Assembly (NCBI GenBank): GCA_046330075.1
Contig: JAXLTL010000001.1
Location: forward strand, 652,481 to 716,480
Reading direction: 5' to 3'
DNA: 64,000 bases
From: Bacteroidia bacterium
GTDB taxonomy: Bacteria; Bacteroidota; Bacteroidia; AKYH767-A; OLB10
Shown here: piece after piece, positions 8,314-16,854 of the stretch
Numbering within the stretch: position 1 is the first letter of the stretch
Layout of the letters: every line of letters starts with the position of its first letter
The notes under the pieces: generated by a model
Seen by the model: the letters and a program-made list of their open reading frames with translations, nothing else
Told to the model about the DNA's origin: nothing
Database searches by the model: none
Position numbers and translations under genes: made by a program

Positions 8314-10746
8314 TCAGAATTTAAAATTATAAGTTACTGAAGGAATAATACTGAAGAGCGAAACCTGTTTGGCCTGCACCTTCTGGTTCCCATCCTGGCT
8401 ATTTCCTTCGATGTCGAAATAAATGAAATAGGGATTCTGACGACCATACATATTATAAACAGCAAATACCCACTCACTGCTGAATTTTTTGTGCTTCTGG
8501 TTTCTCAAAGTGGCCGATAAATCCAGTCTGTGATAAGCCTTTTGACGGAAATCGTTGCGTTTGTCATATCCACTCAAAATGTAGAAGTTATTGTTTACAT
8601 CGATATTCCCACCCTGATCAATATTTACGGGAGGTCCGGCTGACATAAAATACCGCTCATTCGGAAGCGTCAGCGCATCACCTGTTGCATAGACCCAGGT
8701 CATGCCAAATGTCCAGCGTTTTGAATAATCATACGTAGCAACAACTGAAATATCATGCCGGCGATCATACTTGGCCGGAAAGGTTCTTCCCAGATTCAGA
8801 TCATCGAATTTACGTCGTGTATAAGATAGCGTATACCCCACCCAACCGGTTAATTTACCCCGGGCCTTTTTCACAAAAAACTCAGCGCCATAACTCCATC
8901 CCTTTCCGAACACAAAATTATTGTCGGGGTTATTACGCACATCACCATCCGGTGTTGCTCCTTCTTCATAGTCGATTTGATGCAGCATGTCTTTATAATA
9001 CACTTCTACAGACGTCTCGTACATATTTTCCTCGAAGTTCCTGAAATAACCCAGCGCATACTGCACCGCATATTGTGGTTTTACTTTATCTGTGCTGGGC
9101 ACCCAAACATCCGTTGGCAGCGAAACTGACCCAAAGGAAGCAATGTGGATGTATTGATAATTCTGGGTATATGCGGCTTTAATGGATGAATTTTTAGTAA
9201 GCTCATATCGCATACTCAGTCTGGGCTCCAGATTTTTATAATCAGCGACCTTCTTCCCTTTTGCATATTCAATCGTATCCTGAATACGGTCTTCAAATGC
9301 TGGATCTTCAATGTATCTGCTGAAAGGTCCTACATGGGCAAAATATGTCAGTCGTAGTCCTCCATTTACACGTAGTTTTTCAGTAATGTCCCATTCATCG
9401 TTTATATACAAGGCTGCATCGTGTGCATAAAACCGGGTGATCTTTCCCAAATCAAATACAACATCTCCCGAGCGTGCATAAGCATTGGTAGGTGTAAAGC
9501 GATGATAAATATAATTTGCACCGAATTTCACATTGTGAAGAATACTGGGAAACCAGTTGATGTCAACTTTTGCATTGTAGTCGCGGATACCGGAGAAAAT
9601 ACGAAAATCAAACTGTTGCTGCTCTGCGCCAAATTCAAACTTGTAATCACTGAAGATGAGGGAAGTATTCATAAATAGTTTATCATTGAAAAGGTGATTC
9701 CATCGAAGTGAAGTTGTAGCATTTCCCCAGGGGATACGCACTTTAAACCCGGTTTCCTTGCTCTTGAAATTAAACACATCCCTTCCAAAATATCCGCTCA
9801 TATACAATCGGTCATTCTGAGAAAGTATATAATTCAGTTTGGTATTCAGATCGTAGAAATAATACGAATTACCGGCAATGTTCGACTCACTGCTGATAAA
9901 GGGCTCCCGCAGGAATAAATCAATAAAAGTGCGCCGGCCTGAAATTACGAACGAGCTTTTGTCCTTCTTTATCGGCCCCTCAACTGTTAGTCTGGATGCA
10001 ATATAGCCGATACCTCCGGCTGCATGATATTCCTTCATGTTTCCTTCCTTCATGGAAATATCCAGCACCGACGATAATCTCCCACCATACTGCGCCGGCA
10101 TTCCTCCCTTGGTAAGTGAAATGTTTTTTACAGCGTCCGGATTAAACACCGAAAAAAATCCGAATAAATGTGCTGCATTGTACACCACACCCTCATCCAG
10201 CAACACCAGATTTTGATCGGGACCACCCCCACGCACATAAAATCCGGAATTCCCTTCGCCCGCATCCTGAACCCCGGGCAACAATTGTATAGTTTTCAAA
10301 ATATCCACCTCTCCCAGCAATGCCGGTAGACTTTTAATCTTCTCTACCTCCATTTCCACTTTCCCCATATCCGTACTCTGAACATTTTTATCCTTTCGCT
10401 CAGCTGTGATTGTCACCTCTTTCGTTTCGAGTACATATACGGGCATTTCAACATTTAATGTGACATTACCTGTTAGTCTGACGGGAATGATCCTTTCTTT
10501 ATACCCAACAAAATTCACCACCAACGTATAGCTACCCTTCGGGAGTGTCAAAGAATAAAAGCCATAGGTATTGGCAACGGCTCCTTTTTGAATTTCTTTA
10601 ACGTAAATATTCGCCCCAATTAAGGCCTCTCCTGAAATGGAGTCACGTACATATCCGGAGATGGTGGCTTTATCAGTGCCATCCTGAGCCTTTAAGCCGG
10701 TGACAGCCAACAGACTGACTAAAAGAAGACTAAATAGATTTTTCAT
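8314..10746 (-). CDS. TonB-dependent receptor with N-terminal carboxypeptidase-regulatory-like domain and plug
   Basis: ISGYVRDSISGEALIGANIYVKE...GFYSLTLPKGSYTLVVNFVGYK is the CarbopepD_reg_2 domain, followed by a plug domain. The barrel ends in the aromatic terminus ...VTYNFKF. I take the start at the Met of MKNLFSLLLVSLLAVTGLKAQ (10746); the track ORF extends to 10788. Confidence 0.85.
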   Translation of the reverse strand: MKNLFSLLLVSLLAVTGLKAQDGTDKATISGYVRDSISGEALIGANIYVKEIQKGAVANTYGFYSLTLPKGSYTLVVNFVGYKERIIPVRLTGNVTLNVEMPVYVLETKEVTITAERKDKNVQSTDMGKVEMEVEKIKSLPALLGEVDILKTIQLLPGVQDAGEGNSGFYVRGGGPDQNLVLLDEGVVYNAAHLFGFFSVFNPDAVKNISLTKGGMPAQYGGRLSSVLDISMKEGNMKEYHAAGGIGYIASRLTVEGPIKKDKSSFVISGRRTFIDLFLREPFISSESNIAGNSYYFYDLNTKLNYILSQNDRLYMSGYFGRDVFNFKSKETGFKVRIPWGNATTSLRWNHLFNDKLFMNTSLIFSDYKFEFGAEQQQFDFRIFSGIRDYNAKVDINWFPSILHNVKFGANYIYHRFTPTNAYARSGDVVFDLGKITRFYAHDAALYINDEWDITEKLRVNGGLRLTYFAHVGPFSRYIEDPAFEDRIQDTIEYAKGKKVADYKNLEPRLSMRYELTKNSSIKAAYTQNYQYIHIASFGSVSLPTDVWVPSTDKVKPQYAVQYALGYFRNFEENMYETSVEVYYKDMLHQIDYEEGATPDGDVRNNPDNNFVFGKGWSYGAEFFVKKARGKLTGWVGYTLSYTRRKFDDLNLGRTFPAKYDRRHDISVVATYDYSKRWTFGMTWVYATGDALTLPNERYFMSAGPPVNIDQGGNIDVNNNFYILSGYDKRNDFRQKAYHRLDLSATLRNQKHKKFSSEWVFAVYNMYGRQNPYFIYFDIEGNSQDGNQKVQAKQVSLFSIIPSVTYNFKF

Positions 10747-10906
10747 AAGCGCCGCAAAACTAAGGAGATTACTTAGTAAAAACAGCATGAAACAGATAGA
10801 GTTTACGTTAACCCATGATGAACTGTCAATTTATCTGCCTGAACTGCATATTTTATTAAAAACTTGTCTGATGCCCTTAAACAACTTAATTTTGCCCCCT
10901 CAAGTT

Positions 10907-10980
10907 CGGGGTGTAGCGTAGCCCGGTATCGCGCCAGCATGGGGTGCTGGAGGTCGTCAGTTCAAATCTGGCCACCCCGA
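10907..10980 (+). tRNA. tRNA-Pro (anticodon GGG)
   Basis: Manual cloverleaf fold. Acceptor CGGGGTG/CACCCCG with C1:G72 (a bacterial tRNA-Pro hallmark). D-stem GCG/CGC. Anticodon stem CCAGC/GCTGG with loop ATGGGGT (anticodon GGG, G37). T-stem GTCAG/CTGGC with TTCAAAT loop. Discriminator A. CCA is not encoded. Confidence 0.8.
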
Positions 10981-10989
10981 CAACTGAAC

Positions 10990-11022
10990 AAAAGTCCGAC
11001 ATAGTCGGACTTTTTCTTTTTT
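10990..11022 (+). terminator. rho-independent terminator after tRNA-Pro
   Basis: AAAAGTCCGAC-atag-TCGGACTTTTTCTTTTTT: perfect 7-bp GC-containing stem followed by a T-tract. Confidence 0.6.
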
Positions 11023-11025
11023 ATA

Positions 11026-11080
11026 GCGTTGAAAGCTTGCTTTCATAAGCGAATAAAAAAGAAAAAGTCGGCGCGTAGCG
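11026..11080 (+). repeat. 55-bp direct repeat, copy 1 (gcgttgaaagcttgctttcataagcgaataaaaaagaaaaagtcggcgcgtagcg)
   Basis: Identical to 11180..11234 (55/55). Contains the internal perfect palindrome GAAAGC-tt-GCTTTC. Confidence 0.9.
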
Positions 11081-11179
11081 ACGGACTTTTGTTCAGTTGG
11101 TTTACCCCTCTCACCAGATCGGCAGGCAGTGGAACGCGAAGCGTACACTACCTGCCAATCTGGGCCACCCCGGTCAGTT

Positions 11180-11234
11180 GCGTTGAAAGCTTGCTTTCAT
11201 AAGCGAATAAAAAAGAAAAAGTCGGCGCGTAGCG
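11180..11234 (+). repeat. 55-bp direct repeat, copy 2, immediately preceded by a duplicate of the tRNA-Pro 3' end (11157..11172)
   Basis: Exact copy of 11026..11080. The 16 nt upstream (aatctgggccaccccg) duplicates the tRNA 3' acceptor/T-arm sequence aatctggccaccccg. Confidence 0.9.
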
Positions 11235-11399
11235 GCAAAAATGGATTTTATTCCGAACATCAAAAATCTGACCGGTTGCCAAATCACGTATTGAGATTTA
11301 ATACCCAGCTGGATCTCAGCCAAATGCAACTTCTGGCAGGAGGTAAAGCACTCGTTGGTTTCATGAAGACTACTATCTTTGCCGCCATTCAAGAATACT

Positions 11400-12140
11400 A
11401 TGGAAGCGGAAATAGCACATTTACTTACTGTAGACGGAATCATCGGGTTACTCACCTTGATTGTGATGGAGATTGTTCTGGGAATTGACAATATCATTTT
11501 CATCTCCATTCTTGCCGGAAAGCTGCCGTATCAATTACAGGAGAAGGCACGTCGTATAGGACTTTCACTGGCTTTGCTCATCCGTATTGGATTGCTCTTC
11601 AGCATAAGCTGGATCGTCGGATTGAAAGAACCCTTCTTTACTATTCTTGATCATGGATTCAGTGGCCGTGATATTGTATTGCTGTTTGGTGGATTGTTTT
11701 TGATGGCCAAGAGCACCTCTGAGATTCATGCCAAAATAAGCAGGGAGGAACACCTGGCCGGTGCAAATTTGAAGAAACTGACCATGAATGCTGCGATTGC
11801 ACAAATCGTCGGTCTTGACATCGTTTTCTCATTCGATTCAATCCTGACGGCAGTCGGTCTGGTGAACCACGTCCTCATTATGATTCTGGCTGTGATCATC
11901 TCCATGCTGGTGATGTTAGCTGCAGCCAAATCAGTATCTGATTTTGTGAACCGCCATCCTACTATCAAAATGTTGGCATTATCCTTCCTGCTGATGATAG
12001 GATTTATGCTGACTGTTGAATCTTTCCATTACGAAGTTCCAAAGGGTTACATCTATTTCGCCATGGCTTTCTCATTGATTGTAGAGTTGCTGAATATGCG
12101 AATGAGGAAAAAGCATAAACCTGCTGACGAACAGAACTGA
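11400..12140 (+). CDS. terC: TerC family integral membrane protein
   Basis: MEAEIAHLLTVDGIIGLLTLIVMEIVLGIDNIIFISILAG... GIDN and DNI motifs with the 7-TM organisation typical of TerC/YjbE. I start at the ATG at 11400; the track ORF begins at an upstream TTG (11379). Confidence 0.85.
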   Translation: MEAEIAHLLTVDGIIGLLTLIVMEIVLGIDNIIFISILAGKLPYQLQEKARRIGLSLALLIRIGLLFSISWIVGLKEPFFTILDHGFSGRDIVLLFGGLFLMAKSTSEIHAKISREEHLAGANLKKLTMNAAIAQIVGLDIVFSFDSILTAVGLVNHVLIMILAVIISMLVMLAAAKSVSDFVNRHPTIKMLALSFLLMIGFMLTVESFHYEVPKGYIYFAMAFSLIVELLNMRMRKKHKPADEQN

Positions 12141-12287
12141 TTCAGGAAGCTGGTGTAATCGGATGTTCGAAATGCCAGCCAAGCCAGCATTTGAATCCGT
12201 ACAGTACCAGATAAAAAACCAGCAGCAGAAGGACTATCCGCACAAAGGTTCTCAGGCGACCGGCCGACTTATTTGATTCCTGATTAT

Positions 12288-12776
12288 TCATGACGGGAGA
12301 TATCTGCTCAGCCATGTTGAAGAAAGCGGTGTGACGAAGTGATTATCGAAGGCTGATTTTGAGGTTACCGTGCAATCATACACCAGCTGTTGCGGATCCA
12401 GTTCACCTTTCTCAATTTTATCAGCAGCATCCGACAACCTGAAAACAGCGGGTCCATCCATCGTATGCAGAGCTACCAGTAACCGGTTCAGCAATTGAAT
12501 CTGCATGGCCTGCTCCCTTCCCTTTACAAACTGATGCAACTTATCAATAGAACATCCGCTGGCTCCTGTAAGGGATTCATCAACTGAAAAAACAAGAAAC
12601 ATATTATCTACCACCGTAAATGCAGCTTTCAGTTCACGATGGTGAGCCGTCCAGCCTTCAACAAAACTTTCTGAAAGCCTCTTCAGTTCACTGATTTGAC
12701 TTTCATCCAACAGTGCAGACGATTGGAAAATCCACACTCTGGCATTTCCAGGTATTTCATTAAATGGTACCAGCAT
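12288..12776 (-). CDS. hypothetical protein (162 aa)
   Basis: Clean ORF, last gene of the argS-led co-directional cluster. No domain recognised by eye. Confidence 0.45.
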   Translation of the reverse strand: MLVPFNEIPGNARVWIFQSSALLDESQISELKRLSESFVEGWTAHHRELKAAFTVVDNMFLVFSVDESLTGASGCSIDKLHQFVKGREQAMQIQLLNRLLVALHTMDGPAVFRLSDAADKIEKGELDPQQLVYDCTVTSKSAFDNHFVTPLSSTWLSRYLPS

Positions 12777-12832
12777 AATCAGACTTTATACAAAAATACG
12801 GAAGAAAAAGCATCTCCGGCACTCTGAAAAAA

Positions 12833-13231
12833 TTATTCCTGAATCATCCTGATTTCCTCCTTCCTGAGATCCACTTTCCACTGTTCTTTTCCATCAACTT
12901 CGGTTTTTACCAGTGAAATGTGCTGCTCAGACGGATTATCCTCTTCCTTAAAATACACAGTGGCATTCTTACCGTGTATATCCTCAGAAACGATTGTAAT
13001 CTTGCCGGACTTCTCCTGTGTAACTTCCAATCCGCCATTAAGCTTCTCAATTTTTTCAAACTGCTGCAACAACTTAATCGTTTCCGTTGTTCCAAATTCA
13101 CCCGCAAGCTTATAATTCCGGTCTTGCATGGCTTCAAGGAATTTCTCAGCAACAGGGCGCGGACCTTTATCTTCTCTGCAACCAAATAACGTCATCAACA
13201 ATGCCACAATGATTACCGATGTCTTTTTCAT
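12833..13231 (-). CDS. lipoprotein, DUF4878-like
   Basis: Lipoprotein signal MKKTSVIIVALLMTLFGC. Small alpha+beta protein with FLEAMQDRNYKLA... Overlaps the upstream gene by 4 nt. Confidence 0.5.
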   Translation of the reverse strand: MKKTSVIIVALLMTLFGCREDKGPRPVAEKFLEAMQDRNYKLAGEFGTTETIKLLQQFEKIEKLNGGLEVTQEKSGKITIVSEDIHGKNATVYFKEEDNPSEQHISLVKTEVDGKEQWKVDLRKEEIRMIQE

Positions 13232-13854
13232 TCGCTTTTAAATTTATAAATCAGCAATGCGTGATTATTGATATAGAGATTATCCGGTGCAACATAATGG
13301 AAGTCACCGGCGACAGAAACCGGAAAATACCTGGGATCCTTTGTTGCATGAATTACTTTATTTCTGATCCACTCTGAACAGTACATTCGCGTATCATCAT
13401 CCAGATTAAAATGCTCATCGAAGCTTACTCCATTTTGTATATCCTTTTCAACCTCTGTCGACATGCTTGCAATTTCGTCATCCGTAAGATCCAAACGATA
13501 GATGGCACCACCCTTACATACCTGTGTCGACCAAAAATCTGTCAACTTTTCAACTTTGAGAGAACCATCACTGGATGTTTGTTGCAGATGCACCACAAAG
13601 TTTTCGTTATTTCTCTGAACAATAATTCCCGCGTGGCTATAGGAAGGATCCGATAAACTGCAACGTCTGAACCAATCGCTGATAATGCCTTTCCCTGACC
13701 TGAACACAAGGTCTCCGTTTCTGGGAGTCTCATCCGGTTGAGTCTGAGCAGTCTCCTGTTTACTGCTGATTCCTGAAACGGTATATATGAGTAACAGGTT
13801 AACTATAATTGTAGCAAGAACAATGGTGATAAACCGTGATCTTCTTATTGGCAT
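13228..13854 (-). CDS. YiiX-family permuted papain-like (NlpC/P60-superfamily) protein, N-terminal membrane anchor
   Basis: GDLVFRSGKG...SHAGII...MYCSEWI: the order of the His and Cys motifs is typical of the permuted YiiX/DUF830 fold. N-terminal TM helix. It begins 3 nt after the argS stop. Confidence 0.55.
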   Translation of the reverse strand: MPIRRSRFITIVLATIIVNLLLIYTVSGISSKQETAQTQPDETPRNGDLVFRSGKGIISDWFRRCSLSDPSYSHAGIIVQRNNENFVVHLQQTSSDGSLKVEKLTDFWSTQVCKGGAIYRLDLTDDEIASMSTEVEKDIQNGVSFDEHFNLDDDTRMYCSEWIRNKVIHATKDPRYFPVSVAGDFHYVAPDNLYINNHALLIYKFKSE

Positions 13855-13857
13855 ATA

Positions 13858-15666
13858 TTACATTCTTTCGGGAACATGAATTCCCAATAACTTCAAACTT
13901 CTTTCTATTACCTCTGAACAAACTTTACTTATATGCAACCTGAATTTTGTTGTTTCGGGCTCAGTTGCATCAACAATCGGACACTCATGGTAAAACTGGT
14001 TGTACGTCTTCGCCATTTCATACGCATAATTTGCCATAACAGCCGGACTAAACCGTTCGGCTGCTTCACCCAATTCATAGGGATAACGCAATATCGCCTT
14101 TATCAGTTCTTTCTCTTTTGGATTCAGTGCAGCATACTCTGCTACTGAAAACTCAGGATAATTTTTCAACTCATGGTATTGCTCACCTTTGCGAAGAACA
14201 GATTTTATCCGGGCATAAGTGTATTGAATAAAAGGACCGGTATTTCCATTAAAATCAATGGACTCTTCCGGATTAAACAACATTCTTTTTTCCGGATCCA
14301 CCTTTAAAATAAAATACTTCAAAGCACCGAGGCCAATCATTTTATATAAGGCTTCAGCCTCTTCTGATTCAAAATCTTCAATCTTCCCAAGCTCCTTTGT
14401 AATTTTACCCGCATCTGCAATCATTTCCTGCATCAGGTCATCTGCATCTACTACTGTTCCCTCTCTCGACTTCATTTTACCACTGGGCAAGTCAACCATA
14501 TTATAAGAGAGGTGGTATAAATCCTTCCACCAGTCATACCCCAGTTTCTTCAGAATCAGCTTTAATACCTTGAAGTGGTAGTCCTGCTCGTTTCCGACAA
14601 CGTAGATCAGTCTGCTGAATCTGGTTTCGTCAAAACGTTGTTTAGCTGTTCCAAGATCCTGAGTAATGTAGACACTTGTTCCATCACTTCTGAGCAACAG
14701 CTTCTGATCCAAACCATCTGCGGTGAGATCCACCCACACTGAACCGTCCTCCTTTCGGAAAAACACATTACGCGCCAAACCTTCATCAACTATCTCTTTT
14801 CCAAGCAGATACGTGTTTGACTCATAATAAAATCTGTCAAAATCAACGCCTAAAAGGCTATACGTCTGTTCAAAACCATCATAAACCCAGCTATTCATCA
14901 TCTTCCAAAGGGTAATAACCGACTCATCCCCCTCCTCCCACTTCCTCAACATTTCCTGAGCCTCCTTCATCAATGGTGCTGATTTCTTAGCTTCCTCTTC
15001 AGCTACAACTTGACTTTTCAAAGCATCCACTTCGCTCCGATACAAACGATCAAACTCCACATAATACTTCCCAACCAGGTGATCACCCTTCAAGCCGGAA
15101 GACGCTGGTGTTTCACCATTTCCGGACTTAAGCCAAGCCAACATTGACTTACAGATATGAATTCCACGGTCGTTTACCAGGTTTACCTTCATTACCGGGT
15201 TACCGGTAGCTTTCAAAATTTCCGCAACGCTATATCCCAGCAGGTTATTTCTGATATGACCCAGGTGCAATGGTTTATTGGTATTGGGAGAACTGTATTC
15301 CACCAGCACAGGATGTGCGCCGATGTTTTTCTCTGCCTTATGTTCAAAGTAATTAACGTCGGCGGCGGCATCTGAATAGATTCGCAGCCAGGCTTCCGGG
15401 CGAATCACCAGATTCAAAAAGCCTTTCACCACATTAAATGAATATACCTCTGCTTCATTATTCTGCAACCAAGCTCCCAGATCGTTTCCAACTGATTCAG
15501 GGTTCTTACCCGACAGCTTGGAAAGGTTAAAAACTACGATTGTGAGGTCGCCATCAAAATCCTTCCGGGTCGGCTGAATAGCAATATCACCCGGCGGAAC
15601 AGCGATCCCGTACAGTTGCTGAAACGCTTTAACCGCTGAAGTTCTGATTTCTCTCTCGAATAACAT
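13858..15666 (-). CDS. argS: arginine--tRNA ligase
   Basis: 602 aa. HIGH-type motif PLHLGHIRNNLLG, KMSKS-like GKMKSREG, and a DALR anticodon-binding C-terminus ending ...ERM, the canonical ArgS terminus. Confidence 0.93.
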   Translation of the reverse strand: MLFEREIRTSAVKAFQQLYGIAVPPGDIAIQPTRKDFDGDLTIVVFNLSKLSGKNPESVGNDLGAWLQNNEAEVYSFNVVKGFLNLVIRPEAWLRIYSDAAADVNYFEHKAEKNIGAHPVLVEYSSPNTNKPLHLGHIRNNLLGYSVAEILKATGNPVMKVNLVNDRGIHICKSMLAWLKSGNGETPASSGLKGDHLVGKYYVEFDRLYRSEVDALKSQVVAEEEAKKSAPLMKEAQEMLRKWEEGDESVITLWKMMNSWVYDGFEQTYSLLGVDFDRFYYESNTYLLGKEIVDEGLARNVFFRKEDGSVWVDLTADGLDQKLLLRSDGTSVYITQDLGTAKQRFDETRFSRLIYVVGNEQDYHFKVLKLILKKLGYDWWKDLYHLSYNMVDLPSGKMKSREGTVVDADDLMQEMIADAGKITKELGKIEDFESEEAEALYKMIGLGALKYFILKVDPEKRMLFNPEESIDFNGNTGPFIQYTYARIKSVLRKGEQYHELKNYPEFSVAEYAALNPKEKELIKAILRYPYELGEAAERFSPAVMANYAYEMAKTYNQFYHECPIVDATEPETTKFRLHISKVCSEVIERSLKLLGIHVPERM

Positions 15667-15712
15667 AGCTGCAAAAGTAGGAGCCTATACTACATTTATC
15701 AGGGTATCAGCC

Positions 15713-15744
15713 ATAAAAAAGCCCTGTCTTTTCGACAAGGCTTT
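15713..15744 (-). terminator. rho-independent terminator for the arginase-family gene
   Basis: On the minus strand: AAGCCTTGTCG-aaaa-GACAGGGCTT followed by a T-run (plus strand aaaaaaGCCCTGTCttttcGACAAGGCTTt). Confidence 0.5.
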
Positions 15745-15764
15745 GTGTATTGCATCGAAGGAGA

Positions 15765-16718
15765 TCAGGCGATCTGAGCGACGACTCTTTGCAGGATCTC
15801 AAACGTATTTTCCGCCATCAGATTCTCTTTATCGAGGGTGGGATTCACTTCTGCTATTTCAAAACAGCATACTTTTTCATTCTGAATCAGGCGGACACAC
15901 AGTGATCCTGCTTCCTTCTCCGTAATTCCATTCCTGACAGGTGTTCCTGTCCCCTTTGAAATGGAGCTATCCATGCTGTCAACGTCAAAGGAAACATAGA
16001 TATACTGGCAATTATTGAGGTACGCCAAGGCATCACGGGCAATCTTCTCTACTCCATGACGCTTCACATCTGCCGTGCTAAAGGTTTTAATTTTATGCTT
16101 CTTAATCAGGAAGGTCTCCTCCGGTTCAACATCACGTACAGCAATATAAACGAGGTCACTATAATTGATTTTTGGGCTGATTCCCCCAACTTTCTTCAAC
16201 TTATTCCAAAGCTCAACGGTCTCTTTATCCGGCTTATTCATTTTGTTGGCACTGTTATCTTCTGCCAGCGTAGCAGCCAACGGCATTCCGTGCACATTTC
16301 CGGTTGGTGTTGTGTATGGTGAATGCAAATCGGCATGAGCATCGATCCAGATAACGCCCAAACGAGCCTTAGGATTTGCCATTTTAATACCAGCAATCGT
16401 CCCTCCGGCCGTACTGTGGTCGCCCGCCAAAACAATAGGAAACTCTCTGGCTTTCAATGATTCAGACACAGTTTTACTCAGCCGGTCGTAAATATTGAGG
16501 ATCCCTCTGATTCGTTTGGCATAGGAACTACCCTGGGCTTCGAACAACAGATTATTTTCTACCGGGACTTCCACTGACTGCAATTTGTGAAAAAGGTTTG
16601 AGCCGTAATCCAATGCTGCAATCTTAATAGCATCAGGTCCCAGGCTGGCGCCCCTTGTGCCTGCTCCAATTTCCGACTTAACCTCAATTAACTTGATTTT
16701 CTTATGCATAATACTCAT
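15765..16718 (-). CDS. arginase/agmatinase/formiminoglutamase-family metallohydrolase (likely agmatinase or arginase)
   Basis: Mn-binding signatures of the ureohydrolase fold: VLAGDHSTAGGTIAGI, WIDAHADLHSP, SFDVDSMD. I start at MSIMHKKIKLIEV (16718); the track ORF extends to 16796. Confidence 0.8.
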   Translation of the reverse strand: MSIMHKKIKLIEVKSEIGAGTRGASLGPDAIKIAALDYGSNLFHKLQSVEVPVENNLLFEAQGSSYAKRIRGILNIYDRLSKTVSESLKAREFPIVLAGDHSTAGGTIAGIKMANPKARLGVIWIDAHADLHSPYTTPTGNVHGMPLAATLAEDNSANKMNKPDKETVELWNKLKKVGGISPKINYSDLVYIAVRDVEPEETFLIKKHKIKTFSTADVKRHGVEKIARDALAYLNNCQYIYVSFDVDSMDSSISKGTGTPVRNGITEKEAGSLCVRLIQNEKVCCFEIAEVNPTLDKENLMAENTFEILQRVVAQIA

Positions 16719-16854
16719 TTGAAGAGCCGTGAATACTTCCCAAAGCTCTGAATTTGTCCAATTAATTAACTTTAAAGAACGATTTTGGCACTTCAATTGT
16801 TAATCCAAGTTACTTACATTCGCAGAAATTAACTGAAGTAACTCACCCGGATTA

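Noticed and set aside
10907-11234. Intact integrated mobile element at tRNA-Pro
   Set aside because: The duplicated tRNA 3' end is only ~190 bp from the tRNA. No integrase, recombinase or cargo genes are present; the flanks are a TonB receptor and terC. Reported instead as a scar or miniature element.
10957-11509. Track ORFs 10957..11148 (-), 11129..11488 (+), 11174..11509 (-)
   Set aside because: They span the tRNA-adjacent repeat region and the terC start. Translations are repeat-derived and basic-rich, and nothing supports coding.
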